Shown here one piece after another: positions 63,914 through 64,000 of a stretch of DNA of 64,000 bases. The stretch is from Mobula hypostoma (lineage: Eukaryota). Position 1 is the first letter of the stretch. Each line of letters starts with the position of its first letter. The notes below the pieces were generated by a model that searched no databases, was not told the DNA's origin, and saw nothing but the letters and a program-made list of their open reading frames with translations. The stretch is from assembly GCF_963921235.1 (NCBI RefSeq), contig NC_086109.1, positions 13,394,001 through 13,458,000 on the forward strand. The letters are read 5' to 3'. The translations under genes were made by a program, and so were the position numbers.

Positions 63914-64000
63914 TACCTCTTCCTAGAGATGCTGCCTGGCCTGCTGCGTTCACCAGCAACTTTTATGTGTGTTGCTTGAATTTCCAGCATCTGCAGAATT

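Larger units (their letters stand above)
62087..64000 (-). mobile_element. Penelope-like retroelement, 5'-truncated, with inverted pseudo-LTR (63585 to window end)
   Basis: Same family and architecture as 290-2419, opposite orientation. Confidence 0.92.

Overview
Eukaryotic, repeat-dominated, apparently intergenic or intronic DNA. The transposable-element mix suggests a cartilaginous fish (shark or ray); this is an inference. No host protein-coding gene could be recognised. The window is a stack of nested elements: Penelope-like retroelements (RT + GIY-YIG) with inverted pseudo-LTRs carrying minimal hammerhead ribozyme motifs, many decayed CR1 and Rex1/Babar-like LINEs, a near full-length I/Nimb-type LINE inside the 3' LTR of a sushi-like chromoviral Gypsy element, a second Gypsy element decapitated by an L1 fragment, a Tc1 transposon, and several MITEs and SINE-like repeats. 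The largest structure is an old inverted duplication (about 24142-48769 versus 52584-62086). Its arms carry arm-specific insertions with clean empty sites in the partner arm, and their identity is patchy (about 72% next to about 99%), which points to repeated arm-to-arm gene conversion. Smaller signals include -1 frameshift stem-loops, a self-priming PBS, and an eIF4E-binding-like motif in a LINE N-terminus. All identities and most boundaries were estimated by eye.
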